From a virus (taxonomy: Duplodnaviria; Heunggongvirae; Uroviricota; Caudoviricetes), in IMG/VR virus record IMGVR_UViG_2541047706_000009: DNA of 38,923 nt; one strand, 5' to 3'. The notes below the pieces were generated by a model. It did not search any database. It was not told the origin of the DNA and saw nothing but the letters and a program-made list of their open reading frames with translations. The position numbers and the translations under genes were made by a program. Below are positions 8,797 through 19,403 of this stretch, in pieces (within the stretch, counting starts at the first letter, position 1; every line of letters begins with the position of its first letter).

Positions 8797-10599
8797 TTAA
8801 CCTCTCAAGAAACACGCCACAGCGACATCAAACAGGCTGGAATCCTGTATTGCCTGCTCACTTTCCCTGTTCGCTTCATCCAGTACTTCACGCGCGCTGC
8901 GCGATTGTGGATTACCATCATCATCCAGCACGGTGATTATCATGTCAGGTGATTCAAGCAGCGAGTCTTCAGCTATGCGCAGATCAATATCTCCTGCCTG
9001 ATCCGCCATCATTTTTTGTTCTGCCTGTTGCAATATTTTATCAGGCTCAAAAGGAGCTACTTCGTCTGGCGTCCTGACCTCTGCTGTTTTATAGAATGAA
9101 ACAGCCTGAGCATTAAGTTCACTTTCTGCCTGCTGTCTCCGAGCCAGTTCTGCTCGAGCTTCAAAAAACTGACCGCCAGGCTCATGCGGTGCCAACGCGT
9201 TACGAGAAAATTCCAGGCGTTCTTGTGCCTGCCGGATTCGTTGGTCAATATCGCGAAGTCTGGCCTGTTTATCTGATCGAGCACGAGACAAAGCTTTACC
9301 GCTACCGGTTGGCTCTTCTGCAAGAATTTGTGCACGCTGTTCAGTGAGATTTTCAATAATTCGTTGGCTATTAGCGATTTCAGACTGGTAAACCTGTCTA
9401 TCTCCACGCGGCAAAAGCTGCGCGGCCTGTTCTTCAAGCAACCGATTTTCTATAGCGCGCGCCGTTACTCCATCATCTACAGATGACAGAGCCTCATTAA
9501 CTGCCTGAGACAGCAGACTCTTGCGCCTAGGAATTTCACTGAAAGATGCAGACTCAACAATGCTGGCAACGTCTACAGGTCTCCCCTGGCTAACATCAGA
9601 CATAGCTTTTCGCAGAGCCTGAATGTGAGAATTGCGCGAAAGCACGTTGATCGGCACGCCGGGAGAAATATCAATTTCAGCATGATGAGCGGCATTCGCC
9701 GCCAGTGCAGCATCGACATCAACTGGTGAAAAATTGGGGGTGCTTGTAGCCTCACCGCGAGAGTTAATAAATCTGCCGACACCACCAAACGCCACCCCAA
9801 GAACAGCATCAATAGCAATTGCCTGTCGATCCAACACATCATACTGGTTAGCCATTTCGCTATAGCCACCATCACGAAGCGTTTTTGCAGTAAGCCCACG
9901 CTGTGCCATACCGAACGCAATATTTGTACCTGCGGCATAGGCAATATCTGGCGTTGCACGTACTGCTGTTGCTGCGGCGCGTCGCACTGAACTTTCACCC
10001 GTCCGCGCAAGCTGAGCCGCCACACCTTCCGCCAGCGCACCACCAGCACGTAACCCGAGGCTCATAGGGATCAGTGTTCCGGCACCAGCAGTAATACCCT
10101 GCACTAATCCCGCTTCCTGCGCCGTCCTGAAATCAACACCCTGTGCTGTCAGCCGTTCAAACTCAGAAAAACCCTGTAGCGAAGTTACCGCCGCAGCACC
10201 TCCGACCGGACCACCGAGCGTTGTACCGATAACAGCCTGCCCGCCCATATCGAACAACCCATAAAGAACCTGCCCGGCGGTTCCGGTTGTCGCGGCATCA
10301 GGCGTCAGCCGCTTAACCTGCTGCTCTGCTAGTTTTCTCTGCTCGGCAATGTATGAAACTGAAGTGTCATTGAGCGAGGTGTTTTCGTTAACAAACTGAG
10401 CAATCGGGGATACGATTTTATCCATCCCTGCCCAGAGCAACTGATCTGGCTTTGCCACCAGCCCGGAGTACAAACCAGACAATGCCGCTCCTACAGCATT
10501 GTCGAAAAAACCAACATCGCTGTTAAAGCCAACTGGATTTGATGCTGCTTCGTCAAGCTGCTGATTCTGGTTTACTTGATTAAGGCCAAAGTAACTCAT
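8797..10599 (-). CDS. Internal virion / ejection protein
   Basis: 600 aa, Gly/Ala-rich N-terminal half and charged coiled-coil C-terminal half; start overlaps the upstream gene stop. Confidence 0.5.
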   Translation of the reverse strand: MSYFGLNQVNQNQQLDEAASNPVGFNSDVGFFDNAVGAALSGLYSGLVAKPDQLLWAGMDKIVSPIAQFVNENTSLNDTSVSYIAEQRKLAEQQVKRLTPDAATTGTAGQVLYGLFDMGGQAVIGTTLGGPVGGAAAVTSLQGFSEFERLTAQGVDFRTAQEAGLVQGITAGAGTLIPMSLGLRAGGALAEGVAAQLARTGESSVRRAAATAVRATPDIAYAAGTNIAFGMAQRGLTAKTLRDGGYSEMANQYDVLDRQAIAIDAVLGVAFGGVGRFINSRGEATSTPNFSPVDVDAALAANAAHHAEIDISPGVPINVLSRNSHIQALRKAMSDVSQGRPVDVASIVESASFSEIPRRKSLLSQAVNEALSSVDDGVTARAIENRLLEEQAAQLLPRGDRQVYQSEIANSQRIIENLTEQRAQILAEEPTGSGKALSRARSDKQARLRDIDQRIRQAQERLEFSRNALAPHEPGGQFFEARAELARRQQAESELNAQAVSFYKTAEVRTPDEVAPFEPDKILQQAEQKMMADQAGDIDLRIAEDSLLESPDMIITVLDDDGNPQSRSAREVLDEANRESEQAIQDSSLFDVAVACFLRG

Positions 10600-13109
10600 T
10601 GCGGAATATCTCCGGAGAATCTCTGACGCTTCTGTGTCAGATCAAGAACAACGGGAGAACCATCATCTTTTAGCAGATAACCAGTACCAAGTTTCACCAG
10701 GTACTGACTATCGCCGTAACTTTGCAAACCATACTGACCAGGCGGTGTTTTTATCCCTGTGCCAACAACTTGTTCATTCCAAGCCTGATTAACCTGCTTA
10801 TCGAATTGCTCTGCAGACATTCCCCACGGCAAAAGAACATTCCCCATTCCGTTATAGTCATGCACGCCACCTGTAGCTACGTTAACAGCCTGTTTCCAGA
10901 TATCATTGTCAATTTCGCCTGATACCACGCCTTTTTTCGCCATCACACCAGCGTAATAGTCCTTTGCGATCTCGTATGCCATTGATGCCCCCTGAGCATC
11001 ACCAGCAAATGCATCCTTCACCATGTCAGAAAACTCAAGGCGAAGATCAGCATCTTTAGGCATCGGAATACCTTTCGCGTCATCAGTACCTTTACGAGCC
11101 GCCGCGCCAGCAAGAATTGTCTGCGCAGCGGTTTCTGGAGACACGGAAACATCCGGATTAAACCAGTTTTTTTCTGCCAAAATACCACCTGGCTTATCCA
11201 TCAGTATCCCGGCAACGGCAGCAGATGGAGCGTTGGCACTGATCTGCTGTAGTGCTGACATATACACCTGCCCACCACCAGTGCTCTGCCTGATGGTATC
11301 GAGATATGCTGCCTGTTGGGAAACGGGCGCATCACGAAAGAAAACACCGATCTGATTGGCCTCGTCTTTGGAAAAGAACGTCAGTGGAGTGCCATATGAC
11401 TTAGCAAGGTCACTGACCTGAGCAGCACGCAAGGCAACGCTCTGTCCAAAGTTATCCTTATTGCTCATGTCGATAGGCTTTGCCTGTCCGGCGGCAAGAG
11501 AGAACTGCACAGGATCCGATTGCCGCTGCTTTATCACCTGATTTGCAGCCGAAACAACGTTGTCATAAAGAGCTGCGCGTGCCTCATACCCCTCCCCTGT
11601 CTCACCAGTATCCGGGCGTAATTGCTCAACATATGCTGTAATGCTGCTTGTCGGCATATTGCGGAAAGAGCCTATATACTGTCCGGCGATCTGCGTATTT
11701 CTGAACTCGGTATATCGCAGGTTTCCTTCTCTGACGCCATAAGCTGCAATAAAATCAGCCTCACCAGGTGGGTTAGGAAATTCAACGCCACGCATATACG
11801 CAGCCGTCGCATCGCGAACCTGGCTGTCAATCATCGTTTTATATTCATCCTGCTGCTGCCGACGAAGTTGATCCGCCTGTCGCATAAAACTTGCCTGCGC
11901 CTCAGGAGATGCCGCATCGAATGCTGCATTACCGGTATAGCGTTTAGTGTTGGTTGGAATTGTTAATAAACCAAGTGCTGCACTGACACCAGCAGTTAAC
12001 TGCTGATCACTGTATGGCTGGCTACCGTTCTCATGATGGATAATGGCTGCACAAAGCGCCTTCAGGGTATCAGGATTAGATGCATCGAGAGGCTCATCAG
12101 CAGAAACGCCAAGTTGTTCGCACACTGCTTTGATATACGACATAGTGTCATTTTTATCAGTAGGCGGTGCCCAGCGATTAATTATCTCGCTGACGGTATC
12201 AATACCCTGCCTCTGATACGACATCAGGTTCCGCCCTAATGCACGAATCCCGTGTTCAGGTGTTTCGAATTTAGCAAATCGACCATCATCACCGGTCTGG
12301 CCTACCCACGGATTAGTTTTGCTGTATTCGAGATTTCCTGGGTTATTGTTGCGTATGCCACGGGCACGCTCGGAAGAGTCACTATCTGCTACAGCACGGC
12401 GAGCTCCAGCAGCAGTATCACTTAACTCGCCATTACTTTGGATGAATGCGGTCGCATTGTTTGCCGACCACTGGGACAATGCAGCATCAGCAACCTTCTC
12501 TTTAAACTCGATTTTCTTGGCCTGGATTTGCTCGTCACTCCAGCCATGTGCAATGCCGTAATCCTCAATTTGCTGGAAAGTTTGCTTATTAGCCAATACG
12601 TATGCGGCGTTGTCGCCATACAATGCTGCGGCATTTTTACCATTGTTCAGCAGCGTAGCCTGAAACTGGCCTTCTTCGTAGGCATTTATTTGCCCTATCT
12701 CGTGCCGCCCTGCCTGCGTAGTGAACTGAATGCGCTGCTGCTGCGCCTGCTGCATGAAAGCATTACGAGCCTGTTCATCCGGCAGCGACATAGCCAGTTG
12801 TTCGACCTGAGCATCAAACTGCTGCGTATACTCATGGCCTTTTCCAATAGCATTTTTCCCTTTCAGGTTAAGCAATCCTGTTTCAGGATTATTCAGCAGA
12901 TCACTGCTTATCTGACTGAGGTTAAGAGATGCCTCCTGAGCCAAAGCGATATTGGCACGCTGTTTTGCCTGACCAAAAACATCAATTGCCTCTGTCCCTG
13001 CCCGAACAAAAGCATCACCAATACCTGGCTGAGAAAACGTCTGCAAGCCTGCTGACTGAACTCCACGGCTCTGAACCTGACGGCCGGATACTGTTGGTAC
13101 GACTGGCAT
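10596..13109 (-). CDS. Large internal virion protein
   Basis: About 837 aa from ATG at 13109 with GGAGGA RBS (ORF-track GTG extension to 13184 trimmed). Contains a conserved-looking block ..GIRNNNPGNLEY..W.GQ..D.RFA.F.TPEHGIRA.. of unassigned function. Confidence 0.5.
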   Translation of the reverse strand: MPVVPTVSGRQVQSRGVQSAGLQTFSQPGIGDAFVRAGTEAIDVFGQAKQRANIALAQEASLNLSQISSDLLNNPETGLLNLKGKNAIGKGHEYTQQFDAQVEQLAMSLPDEQARNAFMQQAQQQRIQFTTQAGRHEIGQINAYEEGQFQATLLNNGKNAAALYGDNAAYVLANKQTFQQIEDYGIAHGWSDEQIQAKKIEFKEKVADAALSQWSANNATAFIQSNGELSDTAAGARRAVADSDSSERARGIRNNNPGNLEYSKTNPWVGQTGDDGRFAKFETPEHGIRALGRNLMSYQRQGIDTVSEIINRWAPPTDKNDTMSYIKAVCEQLGVSADEPLDASNPDTLKALCAAIIHHENGSQPYSDQQLTAGVSAALGLLTIPTNTKRYTGNAAFDAASPEAQASFMRQADQLRRQQQDEYKTMIDSQVRDATAAYMRGVEFPNPPGEADFIAAYGVREGNLRYTEFRNTQIAGQYIGSFRNMPTSSITAYVEQLRPDTGETGEGYEARAALYDNVVSAANQVIKQRQSDPVQFSLAAGQAKPIDMSNKDNFGQSVALRAAQVSDLAKSYGTPLTFFSKDEANQIGVFFRDAPVSQQAAYLDTIRQSTGGGQVYMSALQQISANAPSAAVAGILMDKPGGILAEKNWFNPDVSVSPETAAQTILAGAAARKGTDDAKGIPMPKDADLRLEFSDMVKDAFAGDAQGASMAYEIAKDYYAGVMAKKGVVSGEIDNDIWKQAVNVATGGVHDYNGMGNVLLPWGMSAEQFDKQVNQAWNEQVVGTGIKTPPGQYGLQSYGDSQYLVKLGTGYLLKDDGSPVVLDLTQKRQRFSGDIPQ

Positions 13110-13654
13110 TATAATCCTCCGGGTAATCTGGTTCCTGCTGCTGCCCCGATTGGCGCAGGAGTGCTTTGAGTAAACGGACTCCACGTCCCACCAAACATCT
13201 GGTACGCACCGTATGCCTTCAGAGGCGCAGTGAGCAATGTTGTTGCTGCTCCCACATTCCCCTGTTTACGGGCTGAACTGGCTTCTGCTTTATAGTTGGC
13301 AGCCTGAACCTGATAACCGTAAGCCTCGCGTTGCGCGTTATTCACCGTCGTCAGCGAATCAAGAGCGCCAAACTGGGCAGTGTCGCCAAATATATCCAGC
13401 GCGTTACCTGTAGATAAATCAGCGCCGGTAGCCCCCATTGTCGCCGCCTGTGTACCAAGCCGCTGTCGGGTCTCTCTGCGTCGTTGCTCAGCTTCAGCGT
13501 TACCTCTGTTTATTGCATCATTTGCCTGAGATGTGGCTATATCTGCGTTCGCTTCTGCAACCTTCGAGGCATACTTTCCCTGTTGGTACTGGGTGTATGC
13601 CTGAATGCCACTCATGGCGAGCATTGCGCCACCAGCAATAACCGGATCGCACAT
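13109..13654 (-). CDS. Internal virion protein (small, Ala/Gln-rich)
   Basis: 181 aa; its TAA stop overlaps the next ATG by one base (TAATG); position matches a gp14-like internal core protein. Confidence 0.45.
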   Translation of the reverse strand: MCDPVIAGGAMLAMSGIQAYTQYQQGKYASKVAEANADIATSQANDAINRGNAEAEQRRRETRQRLGTQAATMGATGADLSTGNALDIFGDTAQFGALDSLTTVNNAQREAYGYQVQAANYKAEASSARKQGNVGAATTLLTAPLKAYGAYQMFGGTWSPFTQSTPAPIGAAAGTRLPGGL

Positions 13655-14118
13655 TATTTTCTCTCCATGTGAAATCTGTGGAAATTAAGACCAAGAGCAC
13701 CATAAGGCGCGGCTTCTTCAAGCCTGAATCCAAGCCAGTGCAGCCATGCTTTGGCAACATGGTTTCGCTCGTCGACGTAGTTTTCCAGGCGCGGATAAAC
13801 TGCCAGCATCTGCTGCAATACAGGGCGGCAGTGGCGCAGAAATGTCTTCTGATATTTTTCAATACGGCTGGTTCCTACCAGCCAGGGCGTACCATTGCCA
13901 CCGATCATTGACGCCGGAGATACACCAAACATGGTTACCAGTTCTCCGTTCGCGAACCCTGACCAGGCCATAGTCGCAGTGCGAAGACCAACGCGCAGCG
14001 CATCTTCGGTAGTCATCAGCGATACCGCATACAGTTCGTCAATATCAGCCTGACGAACATCCGGCAAAATCATCTGAAGATGCTCTTCGGTAGCGGGAAT
14101 AATTTGAACATCGATCAT
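13654..14118 (-). CDS. Virion-associated protein, unknown function
   Basis: 154-aa ORF coupled to flanking structural genes (overlapping stop/start). Confidence 0.4.
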   Translation of the reverse strand: MIDVQIIPATEEHLQMILPDVRQADIDELYAVSLMTTEDALRVGLRTATMAWSGFANGELVTMFGVSPASMIGGNGTPWLVGTSRIEKYQKTFLRHCRPVLQQMLAVYPRLENYVDERNHVAKAWLHWLGFRLEEAAPYGALGLNFHRFHMERK

Positions 14119-16589
14119 CAGAATCCCCCAACAGTAAGGCGAGGAATAACGGCAAGAACAGACAGCGGCAACGGGTCAAGCTGACGGATTTTTACACGCC
14201 CGTTTTTGCCCCAGTTACTGTCCAGTTTCACTTCTACTTTTCCGGTAGCATCATCAACAGGATCATCGTAGAACTCGAATTCACGCTGTGGATATTCGTA
14301 CCATTTACCGCCGGGCGTAGTCGCCCAGATGCCGCGACTGGCATTCACAACCAGAGTAACGGACGGGATCACCTGTTTTTTGTCCAGCAGCGTTTCCTGT
14401 CCGTTAATGTTGATATCCAGTGTTTCGAATTCAGCAGTTATTGGCAGGCCGATGTGCACAACAGCCCCCGGTGATTCCAGCGTGACGGCACCTCCGGAAA
14501 CCACTTTTTGTGGTTCCACGTTCGCATCAGAGAGGATGTTTACGGTCTGGCCTTCAAGATGAGACAAGCCGCCAAATGTCCGGCGCGCCATCTGCCAGTT
14601 CGTGGTGGCCACATTCCTGAGGGATGGCGGGACGTTCCTGTTAGCACGAACCACTACTGCGGTATTGCTGGTTACAGAAATAATGTCGCAACGTAATTCT
14701 TTTGACACTTCATCGCCAGTATCAGGATCAGCTCCGGTATAAGGGAACTGTAGTTGCGCACCAACATCACTACTGGTGAAGTACGCACCACCAGAAACAC
14801 TGATTGTATATTCCGCGTGGTAATCCCATTCACCAGAACCACCAGTGATGGTCATCGTTCTGTCAGACGTATTTCTTCCATCATAGCTAAGGCCAGAATC
14901 AACAAAGAAAGCATCTTCATCGCTGGTAAATAAACGGCTGGACAGTCTCTCGATGTATCTCACTGTTTGCCCGTTAACGGTTCTGTTAACGACGAAATAC
15001 ACTGCATCTTCATTGCCTTCGCTGATACTGCATGTGCTTTCATATTTTCCGGTACTGGATTGTGGTGCCCATGCAAAAACCTGCTGATCACGCAAATAGG
15101 TCATCACCAGTAATTTACCGTCATCACGAATGCAGAAGGCACTGGAGTAAGGGACAATCGAGAAGCACCAGTCAACAATGCTGTGCTTCTGAAAAAGATG
15201 ATTGGCAAGGATAGTAAGGTCGTTCCCCTGATAGCCGTCAACATCGAATGAATAGGCCAGATCACGGACAACACTGCCTTTCTCCTGGACGAACAGAGCA
15301 ATATTCGCCACAGCAATTGGTGGGACGTTGCTTGAGCCATTTGATCCCTGAGAGCTGAATGCAAATGATGATGGGGTTAACACTTTGTTCTGGTCACCGG
15401 TGATGACGTACTCACCTCCGGAAGTCAGCGCCACCAGAGAACCAACATCAATCAGGTGACGGATCTCATTAACCTGACGCCCGGCATAGGTGTAGATAAT
15501 TCTGTCGTCATCCTGCGTAGGATTGCTTTTGCCAAAATCCTTATAATCCCCGGTACGGCTGGCCCAGATAGTCTGAGGGAACGCAGTCGATGCGGCGAAG
15601 TAAAGACGTTGTTGATAATAAACAACAGTGCCAGGATAACCATTAACACTGTTCCAGGCATATTTAGCCCATTTATAGCTGGCATTATCCTCGCCCACGA
15701 CCTGCGAAGGGATATAGGAAATCACCTCGGCAGTTGCAGTAGTTCCATTTGCAGCAGTGATACGGGCAATGCCAAAACCACTGTGCAGATATTCCCACTC
15801 AATGCCAGTATCATCATCACCGGATCCGCCCCAGCCATCCCATGATGTGCCTTCTGTATGCGAAGGGCGCAAAGTACCTGTTTTGCCTGCTGTAACGGCG
15901 CGATAGTAGTTACTGTCTGCACGGCGAATATCGCCAATCGACGTACTCTTACTGGTTTCCCATACCGGCACTGAATCCACTGCAGGCTGTTCCAGATAGA
16001 ACAATTTGCCTACCTGCTCCGCGCCAAAAATAGAGGCGCTTGCCGTTAACGTAATTGTCCCGGTGCTGGCGCTGGCATAAACCGTCACTGACTCGTCAAT
16101 ATTGATATCTTCAAATGGCCCGTTCTTCGTTACCACATCAACCAGTTGCCAGTTGTCATGAGCATATCGGCGCAACTCTTTCGGCGGGTATGCCGGGTGA
16201 ACCAGCGTAAGCACGTCGGCGCTTTGCGTGAATTTAATTCGGAACAGATCGGCTTCAGTATATGGCGTGGCAATTTCATAAATAACATTGCTGCTGTTCA
16301 GCACCAACGCACCATCTTTGATAACGCGCATGTACTGGTGTCCGAACTCCAGAGCATAGGTCTGAACCGTCGAGAACTGGAACGGGATCAGGCGGCATTT
16401 CCGATTTGGGTATTTGGCGGCACCGACAAAACGCGTACCAGGTCGATTCTCAACGCCGCCATACTGCCGCACGATAAAGTTATCGCACTTGCGCAATGCT
16501 ACCTGGTACTTCGCCATGTCAATACGCCCGTACAACGACGGTCCAATCTCACCACCGGCAAAGCTGGGCTGGATCCAACTGATAGCCAT
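14118..16589 (-). CDS. Tail tubular protein B-like (nozzle)
   Basis: 823 aa immediately after the gp11-like gene; size and position match T7 gp12-type nozzle proteins, with weak resemblance by eye. Confidence 0.5.
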   Translation of the reverse strand: MAISWIQPSFAGGEIGPSLYGRIDMAKYQVALRKCDNFIVRQYGGVENRPGTRFVGAAKYPNRKCRLIPFQFSTVQTYALEFGHQYMRVIKDGALVLNSSNVIYEIATPYTEADLFRIKFTQSADVLTLVHPAYPPKELRRYAHDNWQLVDVVTKNGPFEDINIDESVTVYASASTGTITLTASASIFGAEQVGKLFYLEQPAVDSVPVWETSKSTSIGDIRRADSNYYRAVTAGKTGTLRPSHTEGTSWDGWGGSGDDDTGIEWEYLHSGFGIARITAANGTTATAEVISYIPSQVVGEDNASYKWAKYAWNSVNGYPGTVVYYQQRLYFAASTAFPQTIWASRTGDYKDFGKSNPTQDDDRIIYTYAGRQVNEIRHLIDVGSLVALTSGGEYVITGDQNKVLTPSSFAFSSQGSNGSSNVPPIAVANIALFVQEKGSVVRDLAYSFDVDGYQGNDLTILANHLFQKHSIVDWCFSIVPYSSAFCIRDDGKLLVMTYLRDQQVFAWAPQSSTGKYESTCSISEGNEDAVYFVVNRTVNGQTVRYIERLSSRLFTSDEDAFFVDSGLSYDGRNTSDRTMTITGGSGEWDYHAEYTISVSGGAYFTSSDVGAQLQFPYTGADPDTGDEVSKELRCDIISVTSNTAVVVRANRNVPPSLRNVATTNWQMARRTFGGLSHLEGQTVNILSDANVEPQKVVSGGAVTLESPGAVVHIGLPITAEFETLDININGQETLLDKKQVIPSVTLVVNASRGIWATTPGGKWYEYPQREFEFYDDPVDDATGKVEVKLDSNWGKNGRVKIRQLDPLPLSVLAVIPRLTVGGF

Positions 16590-17197
16590 CAGGACAACCT
16601 CGCAATGGTAAACTCATCAACCGGTGGCTGTGGTTCCTGTGATTCATTCTGGCTATGCGAGCCAGCACTAAGAATCACGCGATTGTACATATTGAGGGCA
16701 AACGTACCGAGGTCTGCATTCCCAGTCAGCGCCATGTTAATAGCTGCCGCAAGACGCCAGGCCAACGCCTCCATAAAAATGGCATCAAACATGTTCACAT
16801 CTGTAACGCGAGAGACATACTTGAGCCATGCCTGAGGCTGGTCTGTGTAGATCAACTTTCCTGTTCCGTTGGTGTCTGCACCAACTTCGTACTGAACGCG
16901 CATTGCTGCTGTTGGATTGCGTACACCAGGAAGCATAATTTCAGTAATGCGCAGACAATCTGACGGGTACTGGTACGCATATTCCCAGTCAGGCGGTGGA
17001 TTGCTCGTATCTGCAAGCGCCACGCGTTTGGTAGCAAAGTTCCAGTCAAAATCAGAAAGCACAGCATCACGACAGGCCTCAAAGTGCAGCGAACATTCCC
17101 CCGCTTCCTTGCTGGCTTCCGTCAGGCTGTTAATGCTGCGGCTGTTGCCAATATTGGACAGCGCACGATTACAGATCTCTACTACAGAGGCCATCAC
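16589..17197 (-). CDS. Tail tubular protein A-like (adaptor)
   Basis: 202 aa; N-terminus VEICNRALSNIGNSRSINSLTEASKEAG..DFDWNF follows the pattern of T7 gp11 ([22 protein letters not shown]..GWTFN). Confidence 0.55.
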   Translation of the reverse strand: MMASVVEICNRALSNIGNSRSINSLTEASKEAGECSLHFEACRDAVLSDFDWNFATKRVALADTSNPPPDWEYAYQYPSDCLRITEIMLPGVRNPTAAMRVQYEVGADTNGTGKLIYTDQPQAWLKYVSRVTDVNMFDAIFMEALAWRLAAAINMALTGNADLGTFALNMYNRVILSAGSHSQNESQEPQPPVDEFTIARLS

Positions 17198-17523
17198 TCA
17201 CCTCCGTTACCGTACAGAGTTTCAGCCGCTGATTTTTCTACATCCCCGGAAACAGGAGCGATCGCCATATCAGTGATCTGCAGATCGGCGCTGCGATTAA
17301 CGCCATCGTTAGTTTCTCTGGCAGACAGGCCTCGAATAACAGCCTTTGCAGTTATCATCACTTCCGTTCCGACGCCCTTAGGTTGCGCCTTCAGCTTATT
17401 CAATGTGTCGTTATTAAGAGTGATGCACAGCCCCCACGGGTATTCATCGCGAGTTCTGGTTTCTCCGCTCTCATCCTGGTAGCTGTCAGTGCCGGTTTTG
17501 AGGTTTACGAGTTCCATATACAC
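17194..17523 (-). CDS. Hypothetical head/tail-associated protein
   Basis: 109-aa ORF in the structural block; exact start uncertain. Confidence 0.4.
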   Translation of the reverse strand: MYMELVNLKTGTDSYQDESGETRTRDEYPWGLCITLNNDTLNKLKAQPKGVGTEVMITAKAVIRGLSARETNDGVNRSADLQITDMAIAPVSGDVEKSAAETLYGNGGE

Positions 17524-17567
17524 TCCTGCAATAAAGGGGCCGAAGCCCCTTGTCTGATCCGCGAGGC

Positions 17568-17912
17568 TTACACGCCCAGTTCTTTACGCTTATCTGCGAT
17601 CTTCTCGCGGAGCGTTTCGGCTTTGGCGTTATGGTGTGGCTTCTCGTTAAAGAGCAATTCGTACTCTTCACGGAGCTTATCCAGCTCACCATCATCTGAC
17701 ACATCGTTGATGATTTTGGTACTGGTTGCTGCCATTGACACCTTTCCTGCTACCTTTGCTTTTGCCTGTCTGGCTGCATCGTTAACAGGTTCCAGTGCGC
17801 TACCAGGCTCACCTTCGTATTCGATTTCTGCCCCCTCCGGCCACAGAGTGTTATGGATATGAGAGAGGCGCAGAACGCGGTATCTTGGTTTCTCACCTGA
17901 CATCGATATCAC
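17568..17912 (-). CDS. Hypothetical structural-module protein
   Basis: 114-aa ORF following the 145-aa gene; charged C-terminus. Confidence 0.4.
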   Translation of the reverse strand: MISMSGEKPRYRVLRLSHIHNTLWPEGAEIEYEGEPGSALEPVNDAARQAKAKVAGKVSMAATSTKIINDVSDDGELDKLREEYELLFNEKPHHNAKAETLREKIADKRKELGV

Positions 17913-17913
17913 C

Positions 17914-18351
17914 TTAACCAGTTACTTTTGAGCGGATCGGATACGGCGTATTGGCATCAACATCAAGACTGATACCAGCAGTGAATTCGCCAGCCGTTAG
18001 TGGGCCAGTTGCGACGGAGTAGTTAACACGCAGATATCGCTGAACACCGGCAGGCACCTTTGCAGAAACAACTCGTTTACCTGCTGTCAGGGCGGTCTTT
18101 GCCAGTGCACCACTATCATAAATAGTGGTCCATGAGCTGTTATTCTCACTCGTCTGCAACTGGATGTTTACAGTTGCCTCACCACTTGCCGTGGCGGCTT
18201 CGTTAACCAGCGCCCAAAACTCAAGCGGGTAACCCACGCCGATATCACGACGTTTTCCGTCAATTGGACCGAGATCGATTACGTCAGTAGAAGCCGCGGT
18301 ATTCGTAACCGCCTGAGCTTCGGAGAACATCAACAGTTTGTCGGTGATCAT
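17914..18351 (-). CDS. Possible capsid decoration/stabilising protein
   Basis: 145 aa, beta-rich composition, immediately downstream of the major capsid gene. Confidence 0.4.
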   Translation of the reverse strand: MITDKLLMFSEAQAVTNTAASTDVIDLGPIDGKRRDIGVGYPLEFWALVNEAATASGEATVNIQLQTSENNSSWTTIYDSGALAKTALTAGKRVVSAKVPAGVQRYLRVNYSVATGPLTAGEFTAGISLDVDANTPYPIRSKVTG

Positions 18352-18402
18352 CTTCTTTCTCCATTAGTGGGTCTGTTACGACCCACAGGTTAATAACAGG
18401 CG

Positions 18403-19395
18403 TTACACCACGCGGGCTTCTGTTTCCAGAAGCGCATCAGTTTCACGGATTGGTACACCACGGAATGAAGTCCACCACTCGCCTTCAGTCTCTTTTACGC
18501 TGATAGCCAGAGATGTTTTCTCCAGAGATTGCAGATCAAGAGCCTGGCCTACAGTGCGGTTCATGTAGAACACCGGGCGGCCCATTCCACGGTTTGGAAT
18601 GCGATGCAGTGCTTTAACCATCAACTTCGCAATATTTGCGGCAGAGGAAGGTTCTGAAAGATTGCTGACATCGATGTTTGCAATGCGAACAACATAACGC
18701 CAGTCACGCAGAGCAAGTCCGTTGTCCCATTTGTAATGGGTGCGATAGCCTTCGTACTTGCCGCCATTAGCATCTTCCAGTGTCACCTGGCCTTTATCTT
18801 CCATCTGGATGCCAGCCTTCTGCCCTTTCGGGAAGATGCCATGCACGGTGTTTTCGCCCCACACCACTAACCAGATTGAGGTGTTATCTGTACCCGTGCC
18901 ACCAGCATCAATGATGTTCTGAGCATTACCCGCAGACAGGCTGGAATAGCGGGAGGACAGTCCCATAAACTGCTGAGGGTTAACGCTGGAATCACCATAA
19001 AACAGCGTCTGCGCCATCTGCTGATTCATCGCTTCAATAAATGCGCGGTCTTCAGACAGGCGGAATTCAGCGGTATTGCCGTTCAGATCAGCCAGTGACT
19101 TATCGACTTCAGCATAGGTTTCCAGCATGCCAACGGAATCGGTTACCTGCACTGTGGTTGATTTGCTTGGCTGTACGCCATAGTTCAGCAAACGCCAGGT
19201 AGCTGAAGGTAAACCAGAACGAATGGTGGTTCGGTGTCCGGTAGGAAGGTTCCCTTCGACAAAAGGCATATCCTGAAGGATCGGGTTAGTTTGACCGAGA
19301 AGCTCGATAATCTTATCGACTTTCCCGTTTGGATCGACGCGCTTACCCCAGTCAGCCATCGTTAGCGCAGTTAAGCCTTTAACAGCCATTGTCAT
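18403..19395 (-). CDS. Major capsid protein
   Basis: About 330 aa, following the scaffold-like gene and preceding the decoration-like gene. RBS AGAGAGG fits the second ATG better (19389). Confidence 0.7.
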   Translation of the reverse strand: MTMAVKGLTALTMADWGKRVDPNGKVDKIIELLGQTNPILQDMPFVEGNLPTGHRTTIRSGLPSATWRLLNYGVQPSKSTTVQVTDSVGMLETYAEVDKSLADLNGNTAEFRLSEDRAFIEAMNQQMAQTLFYGDSSVNPQQFMGLSSRYSSLSAGNAQNIIDAGGTGTDNTSIWLVVWGENTVHGIFPKGQKAGIQMEDKGQVTLEDANGGKYEGYRTHYKWDNGLALRDWRYVVRIANIDVSNLSEPSSAANIAKLMVKALHRIPNRGMGRPVFYMNRTVGQALDLQSLEKTSLAISVKETEGEWWTSFRGVPIRETDALLETEARVV

Positions 19396-19403
19396 TTCCT
19401 CTC

